From: Hemiscyllium ocellatum
Taxonomy: Eukaryota
Assembly: GCF_020745735.1 (NCBI RefSeq)
Contig: NC_083401.1
Coordinates: forward strand, 85,371,740 to 85,435,739
Reading direction: 5' to 3'
DNA length: 64,000 nt
Each line of letters begins with the position of its first letter. Within the stretch, counting starts at the first letter, position 1. Below the pieces are notes generated by a model. The model was not told where the DNA came from, did no database searches, and worked only from the letters and a program-made list of their open reading frames with translations. Below, in pieces: positions 1-12,942 of this stretch. The translations under genes were made by a program, and so were the position numbers.

Positions 1-27
1 GTTTCCACACTGTAGGGAATCTAATCA
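1..27 (+). mobile_element. 3-prime tail of an HE1-type SINE running off the window
   Basis: GTTTCCACACTGTAGGGAATCTAATC matches the other SINE tails. Confidence 0.6.
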
Positions 28-1346
28 ACTTCCATAATCCCTTTAAAGGCCAACCAGTTTGGTCACTTACTATCTGGAACAAATGAACAGAAGGTGTTTA
101 TTTGCATATGTAATTGTAAATAGGCTCCTAGAAACGAAGTAGCACCTTGAATTGCACGTGGTACTGTCGAGTAGAATTGCTGGCTACCCATTTATAGATT
201 TCCCTTGGAAAATGCATCATGACCGCCATGGGCTCATCCTGACATTTCTAACTGCAGAGCAATTTATTAATGTCAGTACTTCTATTTAACCTGACAAAAC
301 AAAAACCTTTCCATTCCCTTTAATTTTTTTAAAAAAACTCATTCATTCTGGACTTTCAGGTAAGCATTTCAAAGTATTAACATTTTGCACTGCTGATAAA
401 TTATGGTATTTTACGTTTTATCATCAGTTTGAACTGTTCCATTATAAAGCACCATAAGCTACCACCAATTATATTAATTGCATGGAACGTGAAGCTGCCT
501 GAAACCAAACATTCAAACAAATACTGATTTTGATTTTGCTTACTACAAGCAAGAGCAAATTGATGCTGGTTATCTCTGTGAATTTTCCATGAAACATATC
601 CTAACATAGGTGATCTTTTTTCTTAAGAACGTTTCCTCTCTGTCACTGATAACTTTGACCTGTTCCAAAATTTGGCGTGATGGGCACGTTAAAGCAGCTC
701 ATTCAAATCATAATTCCACCTACCTTAGACTTGCCATGAGTGCAGGTAGGCAATTCTACCATGAGAGAGATTGAGATGCACAGGAGACTTGGTTCAATAT
801 CCTTACCCTTGCACTTTGTTGTTGGGTCACTGGTCTGCAACCAGGACTGGACAGAGGGGTAGGGGTGAGGGGAGATAGCCAACAGTTTACTCAATAGATG
901 GAGATTATCTAACGAGTCTTGGACTGGAAATTAGATCGATGAGGTTCAATTGTAGACTGATACAAGGATCAACACAATTAATTTGCCATTGGGAAATAAG
1001 ATATGTTCAGTATCACTTTTGACACCAAGTTATTTCCTGATAGGAGAAAATACAGAGAATTCAGGGCACCCTCTTTGCATATTTAATAGTCTATTAAAAA
1101 GAGTGGCGGTAACATTGTCTAGGATCTGAATTGGGTATCTTGATCAACTTGTCAAAACGTGAGATCTAATTCCTCATGAACTTTTGCTGTGGGAACAGTA
1201 ACTTGTAAAATTTAACACCATACTTAGCAATTACAATCTGCTTCAGGTGCAACAAATTAAAACAAAACACTTGCATGGCAATATACATATAGTCACAAAA
1301 CTGAACCCGGTACAAAGTAAAGTGCAACATTAGATATTTCTTTTAC

Positions 1347-1544
1347 CTGAACTTGCAGTAGATGCATATCTTTAACTTTGTGCTGGAGAGGAGCCGTTGA
1401 TATGAGAAGACTATGTGAATTTATCTGAAATTCATTCTGTTCATTCCCACTAATGATTCTAAAAGTGAATGGAGGGCCATTGTGAGAGGAATCCCTGTCT
1501 ATCACTTGAAGCTGTAGCACACTGGATCCAACTGGCTTGTTTTC
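1347..1544 (-). CDS. FAT1: FAT1 exon 18 equivalent, 198 nt
   Basis: TTTTACAG acceptor, GTAAAA donor; ENKPVGSSVLQLQVIDRDSSHNGPPFTF...HLLQVQ; phase 0/0. Confidence 0.96.
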
Positions 1545-1749
1545 CTGTAAAATACGGTTTATGTTAAAGAGAGTTATGGTTTCTCCATGTCCCAAACTCT
1601 TCGTTACTTATTTTTGCCCGAATCTTGATCATCCTAAATCTCTTGAGAAAGCTGACACATTGATTCCAGACATCATAATAACTTGTATTTTTACTCATCT
1701 TAACAAGAAATATTTCAAGGGGCTTCTCAAATTGTAGTAAGGAAAATAT

Positions 1750-3560
1750 GTACAGGAGGCAAAAGAAAAGCAAGTAGTATCAATAGGAAATAGATCTAAG
1801 CGATCCCATAACCAAAGTATCAGATCGAAGCTCTGCAATCTTACCACATCCACTCATCAATGCTGGTTGACAACTAATGTACTGAAGAAGGTAGTTACAA
1901 AAATATCTTCATCCTCAATGCTGGGGGAGACCAGAATGTTAGTGTAAAAGATGGACTGATGCATTTGCTGCCATTTTCATCAGAGGTGCTGAATGGATGA
2001 TTTAATTTCGCCTGCTTCAGAGATTTTCAGCATTGCAGAAGCCAATTTTCAACAAAATTGATTCACTCCACACGATATTATGAAACTGTTGGGGGGAGGC
2101 GATGGTCAAGTGGTATTATCACTGGACTATTAATCTAGGGCCCCAGGAAATATTCTGGGGACTCGGGTTTGCATCCTGCCACAGCAGATGGTGGAATCTG
2201 AATTCAATAAAAGTCTGGGATTAACAGTCTAATGATGACCATGAATCCATTGTCGATTCTCAGAAAAACCATTTTAGGAAAGGAAGCTACCATCCTTACC
2301 TGGTCTGTCCCACATACGAAATGCTGGCCTAACCAGTGATGCCCTCAGCCCATGAATGAATAAAAGAAGATTGAAGACAATTGATACTACAAAGGCCATG
2401 TGCCCTGACAGAGTTCAGAAATAGCACTGAAGGCTCATCCTCCAGAAATTGATGCACCCTTAGTCAAAGTGCTCCAATACAACTACAACACTGGCACTGA
2501 GTCAGTCAATAATATTGAAAGCTGCCCAGATATATTGTGTTCACAAATAAGCAGGACAAATCCAACCCAGCCAATTACTGCTCTGTCAATCTACACTTGA
2601 TCACCAGTAAAATGATGAAAAGTGTCATCAACAATGCTATCAAGTGACACTTGCATAGTAACAATCCGCTCAGTGACATACAATTTGTGTTCTGCCACTT
2701 GGCTCCTCAGTCCAATATGGACAAAAGAGCTGAATTTCAGATTGATATGTGCACAACTGTCTTTGACATCAAAGCAGTAGAGGATAAATGTGGCATCAAG
2801 GAACCGTAGCAAAACTGGAGTCAATGGCAATCAGGAGTGGAACTCCCTGCTATGTGAAGTTACTTCGAGCAAGAAAGACTGTTGAGGCTGTTCAAGATCA
2901 GTCATCTCAGATCTAGGACATTTCTGCAGCAGATCCTCAGGGTAGTATCCAAGGTCCATTCATCTTCAGTTGTGTCAGCAATGATCTTCCAGCCATCATA
3001 ATGTCAGAAGTGGAAATGTTCACTCTTGACTACACAATATTCAGTATCTTTTGTAATTCCTCAAATACTGAAGCAGTTTGTGTCCATTTGCAGCAAAGCC
3101 TGCACAATAACTAGGCTTGGACTGAAAAGTGGCAAGCAACATTCACACCACACAAGTGCCAAAATGCCCAGCTCTAATGTGAGAGAATCTAACCATTGCA
3201 CCTTGATGTTCACTGATATTAATATGTCTGAACTATCATTAACAAAATCCTGGATCAGCCATACAAACATCGTGGCCAGAAGAACAGGTCAGATGCTCAG
3301 AGTTCTGTGGCTTGTAGCTTAAACCTCTCTCTCCCCAGTACTTTCCCCCATACCTACAAAGCGGAAAATCAGGATTGTGATGGAATATTCCTCACTTGCC
3401 TCGATCAGAGCAGTTCCAACATTGCTCAGGCAGCTTGATTCCGGCCAGGATAAAACAGACCATTTAATTGGTATAATATCCACTGCCTTTGACAAACTCA
3501 TTTCATGACCTGTGGCCTTGACAATGGTGCCCACATCCCATCAAACAACGTGAAGATCAA
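1750..3560 (+). mobile_element. Decayed non-LTR retrotransposon (CR1/L2 group) RT region
   Basis: Collinear similarity with 13985-15665 and 21370-22165; degenerate RT motifs near CCTCAGGGTAGT. Confidence 0.7.
2093..2367 (+). mobile_element. Second tRNA-derived SINE family (SacSINE1/Deu-SINE-like) nested in a LINE
   Basis: A/B-box-like head, tail AAATGCTGGCCTAACCAGTGATGCCC...ATGAATGAATAAAA shared with LINE tail near 15640. Confidence 0.6.
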
Positions 3561-4129
3561 GTTTTGAATAAATTGGTGTTGATGATGATGGAAGATTATC
3601 AAAGACATTGTTGGAATAACAGCACACAGTGATAGCAGAGCCACATGTAAAGCTTTCAGGTATTTAAGGAACTGAGGAAGGGCAGATGCATTTTTGAGAG
3701 GGTAGACGTCAGTAAAAGTCTTAACAGACACAGTAAGAATTATAGAATGGGGTTGCACAGGACACTATCTTTACAAAAGGTTTAAGATCTGAATGGGTGT
3801 TGTCACTCTCCTAAAGAAAAATAAAAGGTTGATCCCTTCGAACTCCCTTTACAATTTGAAGGTCTTAAGTATATTGATGCTTTTCAAATTAATTTTCAAC
3901 TGTCCCAGAACTCCACGTATGAATCCCTTCAGTTGGATTTTTGCTCTCACTATGAACACATTTGCCTTTATTCTTGTATTCTATAATACAGAGTTGGCTC
4001 TTAGCAAAGACTCAAGTGACGTCCTAGGTAACTGATAAATATAAAATTTTCCTCCCGTTGATATGGATGACCATACCATTCTTCTCCATCACCTAGTTTG
4101 GTTGCTCTCATGTAGGTTCCATTTTTAGC

Positions 4130-4600
4130 AAATTGTGGCCAAGGATCACTTTAGTGGCTTCACTTCCTGCTCCCACACTGTTTCCTCTAGTGTGCCTTAA
4201 GAATCTATGGTCCCAGTCATATTTCTCACCTACATGCTGCTCCTTAATGACAGAATAAAAAGTCAAGATTAAGAGGCGATCTGATCAAAGTCTTCAAAGT
4301 ATTACCAGGATTAGGTAAGGTAGATAAACAATTTCCACTGGTTAGAAATTCTGGAACTCGACAGCACAGTCAGAGAATCAGGGCCAGACCATTTAGGAGG
4401 GGTGTTAGGAAGTACTTCTAGATACAAAGGGTAACAGATGTTTGGAGATCTCTTCCACAAATGGCAATGAATACTAAGTCAGTCGGGGGTTTCATGCCTA
4501 CTCCGCTTCCAATATTAGTTTTCATATGTGCACTGATGACGCGGAGCTCTACTTTCTCACCACCTCCTTCAATTCCTCCATTGCTGATAAACTATTAGTT
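4130..4600 (+). mobile_element. L2-like RT fragment interrupted by a CR1 3-prime fragment (about 4255-4485)
   Basis: Degenerate GVPQGS...IYML and F-x-x-x-DD-x-x-LY RT motifs on either side of CR1 sequence. Confidence 0.5.
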
Positions 4601-4813
4601 AGTTTCCTTGATTCTTACATGGCTCATGGGCTTCGCTGGAAGCATCAATGGGTGGCTAAGGGGTGGTCTTTGAGAGCTGAATTCAAAACATCAAATATCT
4701 TAAACGTCTTTGTTTAGGATCTAGCAATTTTTGCTTCAACTTAATAATTTACATTTTTTTAAAAAGTTACTCAGGGATTATCAAATCCTATCAAATTAAT
4801 AGGTTATTCTTAC

Positions 4814-4957
4814 CTGGATGATAACACTGTAGTTTGCCTGTGAGAACATGGGAGGATTATCATTGACATCAGCCACATCAATATTGACTGAAGTCGTATT
4901 GAAACGAGGTGAAACACCATTGTCTGAAGCTTGCACTGTCAGCGTATAGCCAGATAT
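4814..4957 (-). CDS. FAT1: FAT1 exon 17 equivalent, 144 nt
   Basis: TGTGTAG acceptor, GTAAGA donor; hand translation ISGYTLTVQASDNGVSPRFNTTSVNIDVADVNDNPPMFSQANYSVIIQ; phase 0/0. Confidence 0.96.
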
Positions 4958-5164
4958 CTACACAAGAGAAGGAGATGATGAAAACCAAAGCTACATCTAT
5001 GTAGAAGAAATATTTTCATACAGCAAGGATTTTTTTCATTTATAAATATTATAAATGAAAATGTCTACTTAAAATCATAATCAAAACTCAGAGGCTGCCA
5101 TCTTCTCTCACAGAGCCTGATTAAAAATTCTCTTTAAAGAAAAGATGAGCACAGTTTAAATTTT

Positions 5165-5745
5165 AGTTCCAAGATGGCGTTGCGAGGTTGGCAGCACTCA
5201 GCTCCTAATGCCAAGGCTCAACTGCTCATTGGCACCAATGTAACGGAGCCGGTTAACTCTACACCATCTCGTACACTTCCATTGTTCAGCGCAGTGAAAG
5301 CTTCTGTGGGTTTTATTCCACGGAGGTGCGGGTTGAAGCCGGGGCCCCATTCAGCCCCAGGCCAGAGAGGCTTCAGCATCAGCGATGGAGGAGCCTGGAC
5401 CCAATGACTGATGAGCTGGAGCATCTGGAGTAGCGTCGCATGGGGAACAGGAGGTATGAGACCAGTCCCATGGGTCCAGCTAGGATGCAGAGGTTGTGTG
5501 AGTTGAGGTAATGGTGGAGGCGGGCCTGTAACAGAGACCCCAGAGCCAGTCATAGAGACCGAAGTCAAGCAGCGAGCAGGAGGAGCAGCAGAGGCTAACA
5601 GGAGGAGGGAAAGATTAATTCTATTACAATAAAATCTTGAATTACATTCAGTGTCTCAAGATGGCACCACAGCAGGGTGCCACCTTGCGTTTTGCAAACA
5701 AAAAACACTTTTCACTGTAATTTATATACGTGATCATAATTCAAA
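5165..5745 (+). mobile_element. GC-rich repeat with Rex1/Babar-like 3-prime tail
   Basis: GC island in AT-rich intron; ends CTTTTCACTGTAA...TACGTGATCATAAT; two CAAGATGGC motifs. Confidence 0.4.
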
Positions 5746-5878
5746 CTCTTAAATCGCTTTAGTTGCATATACAGAAGCTTTGGTTCTTTATTAATGGATC
5801 AGCAGCTTATCACGGAAAGCAATAAAATTGACAAATGTAAAATTTATTCAATTGCAAGGTTACTTCTTATCTACTCAC

Positions 5879-6016
5879 TTTTTCTCTGTCTAAATGTTGT
5901 GCTACTTTTATTTCTCCATTGGCATTATCAATAGTAAATGGGTTTCCTTGATTCCCATGAATAATAGAATAATGAATCTGGTTGTTTGATGGACCATCTG
6001 AATCATCAGCCACCAC
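5879..6016 (-). CDS. FAT1: FAT1 exon 16 equivalent, 138 nt
   Basis: TGCAG acceptor, GTGAGT donor; hand translation VVADDSDGPSNNQIHYSIIHGNQGNPFTIDNANGEIKVAQHLDREK; phase 0/0. Confidence 0.96.
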
Positions 6017-6574
6017 CTGCAGCAAACAGTAAAATCATTAGGGTTACACTGCATTCGAGTTTCAGATTTAACTGCGTAATTAGTACGAGGGGTAAAGCTG
6101 GTTTTCAACTGATGATTATAATAAACTCATTGACATTTCAGTATTGAATTATTGAAAAAAACATCATTATTTTGCATCCAAACCAATAAATAGCAAACCG
6201 TGGGATTTCAGTTATTAAAAAAAGCATTAAGCAACTTCACCTATTGATCTGCAATTATATGGCTTGTTCTCAAACTGTTCTCTCAACTAATTTAAAAAAG
6301 AATATTTCAATTTTAAAAAAGCTTTCCTCTTGCAAACAAAGATAATCTTCTGCTCACATAACTCTTTGCAACTGTGGTCTCTAATGAACTGAACTCAATG
6401 AAAAATTTCTCCACATTCTAATTGTTGGCCTCCACATTCCCACCTTCCACAAACTACAGGTATTGTACAAAGTCATATCACACACATCAGTTACACTAAA
6501 ATATAAATCCTCATTAATTTGATCCAATCCAAATTTCATTATCAATGTAATCCTGACGTTCAAGAGTGTCTCTT

Positions 6575-9500
6575 GCTATAGAGAGGATATTGTGAAACTT
6601 GAGGGGGGTTCAAAAAGATTTACAAGGATGTTGCCAGGGTTGGAGGGCTTGAGCTTTCAGGAGAGGCTGAATAGGCTGGGGTTATTTTCCCTGGAGTGTT
6701 GGAGGCTGAGGGGTGACCTTATAGAGGTTTATAAAATCATGAGGGACCTGGATGGGGTAAACAGACAAGGTCTTTTCCTGGGGTGGGGGAGTCCAAACTA
6801 GACAGCATGGAGACAGAGATGTAAAACATGGAAACTGACCCTTCCATCCAACTCATCCATGCTGACCAGATATCCCAATTCAATCTACTCCCACCTGCCA
6901 GCACCTGGCCCATATCCCTCAAAACCCTTCCTATTCATGTACCCATTCAGATGCCTTTTGAATATTGCAGTTGTACTCATGTCCCCTTTTTAACCTCCTG
7001 AATTCTCTCAAGTATACTCCTGCCGCCTGTATACTCTAAGGATTCCCTCGATCTATCCTGTCTATACCCGACATATGCTTCCTTCTTTTTCTTAACCAAA
7101 CCCTCAATTTCTTTAGTCATCCAGCATTCCCTATACCCACCAGCCTTTCCTTTCACCTTAACAGGAATATATTTTCTCTGGATTCTCGATATCTCATTCA
7201 TGAAGGTTTCATATTTTCCAGCCGACCCTTTACCTGCGAACATCTGCACCCAATCAACTTTTGAAAGCTCTTGCCCAATACCATCAAAATTAGCCTTCCT
7301 CCAATTTAGAACGTCAACTTTTAGATCTGGTTTATCCTTTTCCATCACTATTTTAAAACTAATAGAATTATGGTTGCTGGCCCCAAAGTGCTCCCCCACT
7401 GACACCTCAGTCACCTGCCGTGCCTTATTTCCCAAGAGTAGGTCAAGTTTTGAAACTTCTCTCGGAGGTACATCCACCTACTGAATCAAAAGATTTTCTT
7501 GTACACACTTAACAAATTCCTCTCCATCTGAATCCTTAACATTGTGGCAGTCCCAGTCGATGTTTGGAAAGTTACTGTAACCACCCTATTATTCTTACAG
7601 ATAAATAAGATCTCATTACAAATTTGTTTCCCAATTTCCCTCTGACTATTAGAGGGTCTACAATACAAACCCAATAAGGTGATCATCCCTTTCTTATTTC
7701 TCAGTTCCACCCAAATAACTTCCCTGGATATATTTCCAGGAATATCCTCCCACAGTACAGCTGTAATCCCTTATCAAAAACGCCACTCCCCCTCATCTCT
7801 TGCCTCCCTTTTTGTCCTTCCTGTAGCATTTGTATCCCGGAACATTAAGTTGCCAGTCCTGTCTATCCCTGAGCCACATTTCTGTAATTGCTATGATATC
7901 CCAGTCCCATGTTCCTAACCATGCCGAGTTCATTCACGTTCCCTGTTAGGCCTCATGCATTGAAATAAACGCAGTTTAATTTGTCAATGCTATCTTGTTC
8001 TCTGCTTTTTGTCCCTGCCTGCCCTGACTGTTTGACCTGCTTTTGTTCTCAACTGTACCAGTCTCAGGTTGCAATCTTTCCTCCCTATCTCCCTGGGTCC
8101 CACACCCACCCACCTTACTAGTTTAAATCCTCCGGAGCAGCTCTAGCAAATCTCCCTGCCAGTATATTAGTCCCCTTCCAATTTAGGTGCAATCTGTCCT
8201 TCTTGTACAGGTCACTTCTACCCCAAAACAGACATCCTTGTAAATCTTTTCTGAATCCTTTCAAGTTTCACATCTTTCCAATAGGAAGGAGACCAGAATC
8301 GTATGCATATTCCAACAGTGGCCTAACCAATGTCCTGTACAGCCGCAACATGACCTCCCAACTCCTGTACTCAATACTCTGACCAATAAAGGAAAGCATA
8401 CCAAACGCCTTCTTCACTATCCTATCTACCTATGACTCCACTTTCAAGGAGGTAAGAACCTGCACTCCAAGGTCTCTTTGTTCAGCAATACTCCCTAGGA
8501 CCTTACCATTAAGTGTATGAGTCCAGCTAAGATTTGCTTTCCCAAAATGCAGCACTTAACATTTATCTAAATTAAACTCCAGCTGCCACTCCTGGAGGTA
8601 ACCTTCTTCACTGTCCACTAAACCTCCAATTTTGGTGTCACCTGCAAACTTACTAACACTATCTCTTTTATATAAATGATTTGGATGTAAGCATATACGA
8701 TCAAGGTAGTCGACCCAGCATTTGATCCTTGTGGCACTCCACTGGTCACAGGCCTCCAGTCTGAAAAACAACCCTCCACCACCCTCTGTCTTCTACCTTT
8801 GTGCCAGTTCTTTATCCAAATGGCGAGTTCTCCCTGTATTCCATGAGATCTAACCTTGCTGACCAGTCTCCCATGGGGAACCTTGTTGAATATCTTACTG
8901 AAGTCCACATAAATCACATTTACTGCTCTGCCCTCATCAATCCTCTTTGTTACTTCTTCAAAAAAACTCAATCAAGTTTGTGAGACATGATTTCCCACAC
9001 AATTGATTATCCCCAATCAATCCTTGTCTTTCAAATACCTGTTCATCCTATCCCTCCGGATTCTCTCCAACAACTTGCCCACCACCGACATCAGGCTCAC
9101 CGGTTTATAGTTACCTGGCTTGTCCTTACCACCTTTCTTAAACAGTGACATCACGTTAGCCAATCTCCAGTCTTCCGGCACCTCACCTGTGACTATCGAT
9201 GATACAAATATCTCCGTAAGGGGCCCAGCAATCACTTCCTTAGCTTCCCACAGAGTTCTAGGGTACACCTGATCTGATCCTGGGAATTTATCCACTTTTA
9301 TGCACTTTAAGTCATCCACCACTTCCTCTTCTGTAATATGGACATTTTTCAAGATGTCACCATCTATTTCCTTACATTCTATATCTTCCATGTCCTTTTC
9401 CACAGTAAATACTAATGCAAAATACTCATTTAGTATCTGCTCCATCTCCTGCGGCTCCACACAAAGGCCGCCTTGCTGATCTTTGAGGAGCCCCATTCTC

Positions 9501-10705
9501 TTCCTAATTACCTTTTGTCCTTAATGTATTTGTAAAAACCTTTGGTTTCTCCTTTGTGGGGTAGAAGTGACCTGTACAAGAAGGATGGATTACACCTAAA
9601 TTGGAAGGGGATTAATATACTGGCAGAGAGATTTGCTAGAACTGCTCAGGAAGATTTAGATTAGATTAGACTTAGATTAGACTTACAGTGTGGAAACAGG
9701 CCCTTCGGCCCAACAAGTCCACACCGACCCGCCGAAGCGCAACCCACCCATACCCCTACATTTACCCCTTACCTAACACTACGGGCAATTTAGCTTGGCC
9801 AATTCACCTGACCCGCACATCTTTGGACTGTGGGAGGAAACCGGAGCACCCGGAGGAAACCCACGCAGACACGGGGAGAACGTGCAAACTCCACACAGTC
9901 AGTCGCCTGAGTCGGGAATTGAACCCGGGTCTACAGGCGCTGTGAGGCAGCAGTGCTAACCACTGTGCCACCGTGCCGCCCACTCAAACTCACACATTTA
10001 AACTCGTGTGGTGGGGGGGGTGGGGGCAGAATTGTAGTCTATTTGAAAGTGGAGTCGCAGGTAGATAGGATAGTGAAGGCTGCATTTGGTATGCTTTCCT
10101 TTATTGGTATTGAGTACAGGAGTTGCAAGGTCATGTTGCTGCTGTACAAGACATTGATTAGGCCACTGTTGGAATATTGCATGCAATTCTGGTCTCCTTC
10201 CTATCAGAAAGATGCTGTGAAACTTGCAAGGGTTCAGAAAAGATTTACAAGGATGTTGCCCAGGGTTGGAGGATTTGAGCCATAGGGCGACGTTAAATAG
10301 ACTCGGGCTGTTTTCCCTGGAGCGTAGGAGGCTGAGGGGTGACCTTATAAAAGGTCTACAAAATCATGAGGGGCATGGATAGGATAAATAGACAAGGTCT
10401 CTTCCTTGGGGTGGGGTGTCTAGAACTAGAGGGCATAGGTTTAGAGTGAGATGGGGAAGATATAAAAGAGACCTAAGAGGCAACTTTTTCACTCAGAGGG
10501 TGGTATGTGTATAGAATGAGCTGCCAGAGGAAGTGGAGGAGACTGGTACAATTAAAATATTCAAAAAGGCATCTAGATGGGTATATGACTGGGAGGGGCT
10601 TAGAATGGCATGGCAAAGGGGACTAGATATATCTTGGGTATCTTGTTGGCCTGGATGAGTTGGACCGAAGGGTCTGTTTCTGTGCTGTAAATTTCTATGA
10701 CTCTA
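6575..10705. mobile_element. Rearranged cluster of HER1/CR1 LINE pieces (ORF1 end, endonuclease, RT, 3-prime UTR) in both orientations
   Basis: ORF-track peptides LDLLLGN...ASNHNSISF (EN), NYKPVSLMSVVGKLLE, VIYVDFSKIFNKVPH, VTSGVPQGS, KFAGDTKIGG (RT); frameshifted. Confidence 0.9.
9656..9982 (-). mobile_element. Full-length young HE1-type tRNA-derived SINE
   Basis: Head GGGCGGCACGGTGGCACAGTGG (A box), B box GGTTCAATTCC, CR1-like tail and TCTAA repeats; CpGs retained. Confidence 0.9.
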
Positions 10706-11544
10706 GGTAGTCACAGCAGAGTTTAGAAGACTCTCCCAACAGTACAGTCCCTACATTCCCCTCTGTCAATGAGTGTCTTGAACCAAAACCTGAGGCACAG
10801 TGAATCTCAGGTTAAATTCACCAGTCTATTCTATTTCAGGAGAACGAATGTCTATGGTAAGTTTTCTGAGACGATGACAACTGTCAGATCATAGAGTCAT
10901 ACAGAATGGAAACAGACCCTTTGGTTCAATTAGTCCACGCTAAACATGTTTCCATGCCAAACTAGTGCCACTTGCCTGCGTTTGGCCCATATCTCTCCAA
11001 ATATTTCTTTTTCTACTTAGCCACAAGTTTTTTAAATCTCCTGAAGCTGCTGACATGTTTACCCTGGATCACACTGACATCAATATAACTTAGAATCACA
11101 ACACATCACTGCCCTATCATTTTCCTTGTGTTAATTTATCATCCCTAATTAAATTATACATCAAAGCATTTTTGTTATCAGTATTGCTGCATCCATCTTA
11201 GGTAGACACCTGTATTACCTTAGGCACGACTGTGGGATCCATCATGACACCTTAGTGCACTGGAATACTATGCAGTGCAAGGTGTATATTTTAAATACAA
11301 ATGTCAACGATTAAGTTATTTCCAAAGAATAGACCAATTTCACAATTTCTTACTGCTCACATTCACTTTGAATACAAAAACCTCAATGTAAGAACAAAAT
11401 ACTTAAAACTGTAAAAAAAATAGTTGGGAACAATTCAAACAATCAATTGAAACATGTGGCTATTGAAATACAAGCAAATTCTGAATGAGAAACAGGGCAT
11501 TCAATCTATGAAGACTGCTGCAGAGACAACAGAATAGATTTATG

Positions 11545-11868
11545 GAACTCTACAGTGTAGACGCAAGCCATTTGACCATCAAGCCACACTGACCTTTCAA
11601 AGAGCCCCCTACCGTATTCTTGTAACCCAGCATTTCCCATGCCTATTCCCCCAACCTGCACTACCCTGGACACTACAGGCATTTTAGCATGGCCAATCCA
11701 TCTAACCTGTATATCTTTGGACCGTGGGAGGAAACTAGAGCACCCGGAGGAGACCCAGGCAGACACGGGGAGAATGTGCTAACTTCACAGACAGGCGCCG
11801 GAGGCTGGAATCAAACCTGAGTCCCAGCACTGTGAGGCAGCAATGATAATCACTGAGCAACTGTGCCA
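11545..11868 (-). mobile_element. HE1-type SINE
   Basis: Conserved core GGGAGGAAACTAGAGCACCCGGAGG...TGTGAGGCAGCA. Confidence 0.85.
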
Positions 11869-12531
11869 CGACGGATGAAACTACGAAGAATTACCCTCTG
11901 ACGTATCTGTTACTCTATCTTAAGTAACTGGATCACTTGCAAAATGTAAGTAGTAAAATTGTTACATATTCTCCAAGTCTGAGTCCCTTTTATTTTTATT
12001 GACCAATTTCTTATTGAAAATCTGAAGAAATGATCTCAAGACATCAATCTTAATTAGAAATTAATTTCACAATAGGCAGCTATTGTGGAGAAGGATAAAA
12101 GTTTACTTTTCCAGTCTCATCTTATTTAAATATTGTCTATTAAAATACTTTCTCTTCCATCACCCAAATATTTTGTTAACTCTTTCTCAACCATATATTT
12201 TTTCCTGCATGTCAAACCTCACACTTTCCACCAATGTAAACATATTCATAACTTCATAAATAGTGAAAAACACACTGAATAACGATCAAGAAAATCTGGG
12301 TGATCAGTGTCCTGAAGATATGAAACTGAGGCAAATGAATTGGGTTATTCAAAAGGCAATAGACAGTAAATCTCAGAATTAATGTCACAGAAAATTCAAT
12401 TTAGATGCGCCAAATAATCATTTAATAACTCTGACTTTAAAGATCTGTCTTGTTAGGTCCTTCTTTTCTCATAATGCTGTTTATCAGCACTCTTAATTGA
12501 TGAAGAAAAACAAGTACAGTGTTAAACATAC

Positions 12532-12746
12532 TGTGACAACCAGCTGTCCCAGGGGAGCATCTTCACTTATCACTGCCATGTATACATCCTGGCTAAATTT
12601 AGGAGTGTTGTCATTAACGTCCGTCACATTGATATTCACTGTCGCTACATCATTAAGTGAAGGTGTTCCACCATCCGTAACTTCAACAGTCAAGTAATAT
12701 TCATGCGATGTCTCAAAGTCCAGGTTTTTAATAACAAAAATGGCAC
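12532..12746 (-). CDS. FAT1: FAT1 exon 15 equivalent, 215 nt
   Basis: T9-CATCAG acceptor, GTATGT donor; (G)[21 protein letters not shown]...DVNDNTPKF...GQLVVT; phase 1/0. Confidence 0.96.
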
Positions 12747-12756
12747 CTGATGAAAA

Positions 12757-12942
12757 AAAAAGAGAAAGTGAGGACAGTAGATGCTGAAGATTCAGAGTCG
12801 AAAAGCGTGGCATTGGAAAAAGCACAACAGCTCAGGCAGTGCCCAAGGAGCAGGAGGGTCGATGTTTCAGGCATAAGCCCCTCATCAGGAATGTCCTGTA
12901 CTCCCGAGCTGCTGCACTTTTTCCAGCCCACACCTTTCAAAT
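12757..12942 (-). mobile_element. Penelope-like insert with partial internal inversion and 10-bp TSD at the exon 15 acceptor
   Basis: Flanked by CTGATGAAAA at 12747-12756 and 12943-12952; same family as 25686, 27843, 44343; degenerate hammerhead on minus strand at 12858-12892. Confidence 0.8.

Noticed and set aside
1-1346. Next FAT1 exon (19 equivalent); likewise exon 4 above 61424
   Set aside because: No cadherin-like frame with splice sites found; presumed outside the window
5218-5568. 116-aa proline-rich ORF
   Set aside because: Explained by GC-rich repeat composition; no splice phase fit or cadherin similarity
9900-9982. tRNA genes
   Set aside because: tRNA-like A/B boxes are SINE heads continuous with SINE bodies
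12747-12756. Plus-strand CTGATGA as hammerhead core or snoRNA box
   Set aside because: It is the reverse complement of the splice acceptor/TSD; no stem II and GAAA arrangement follows
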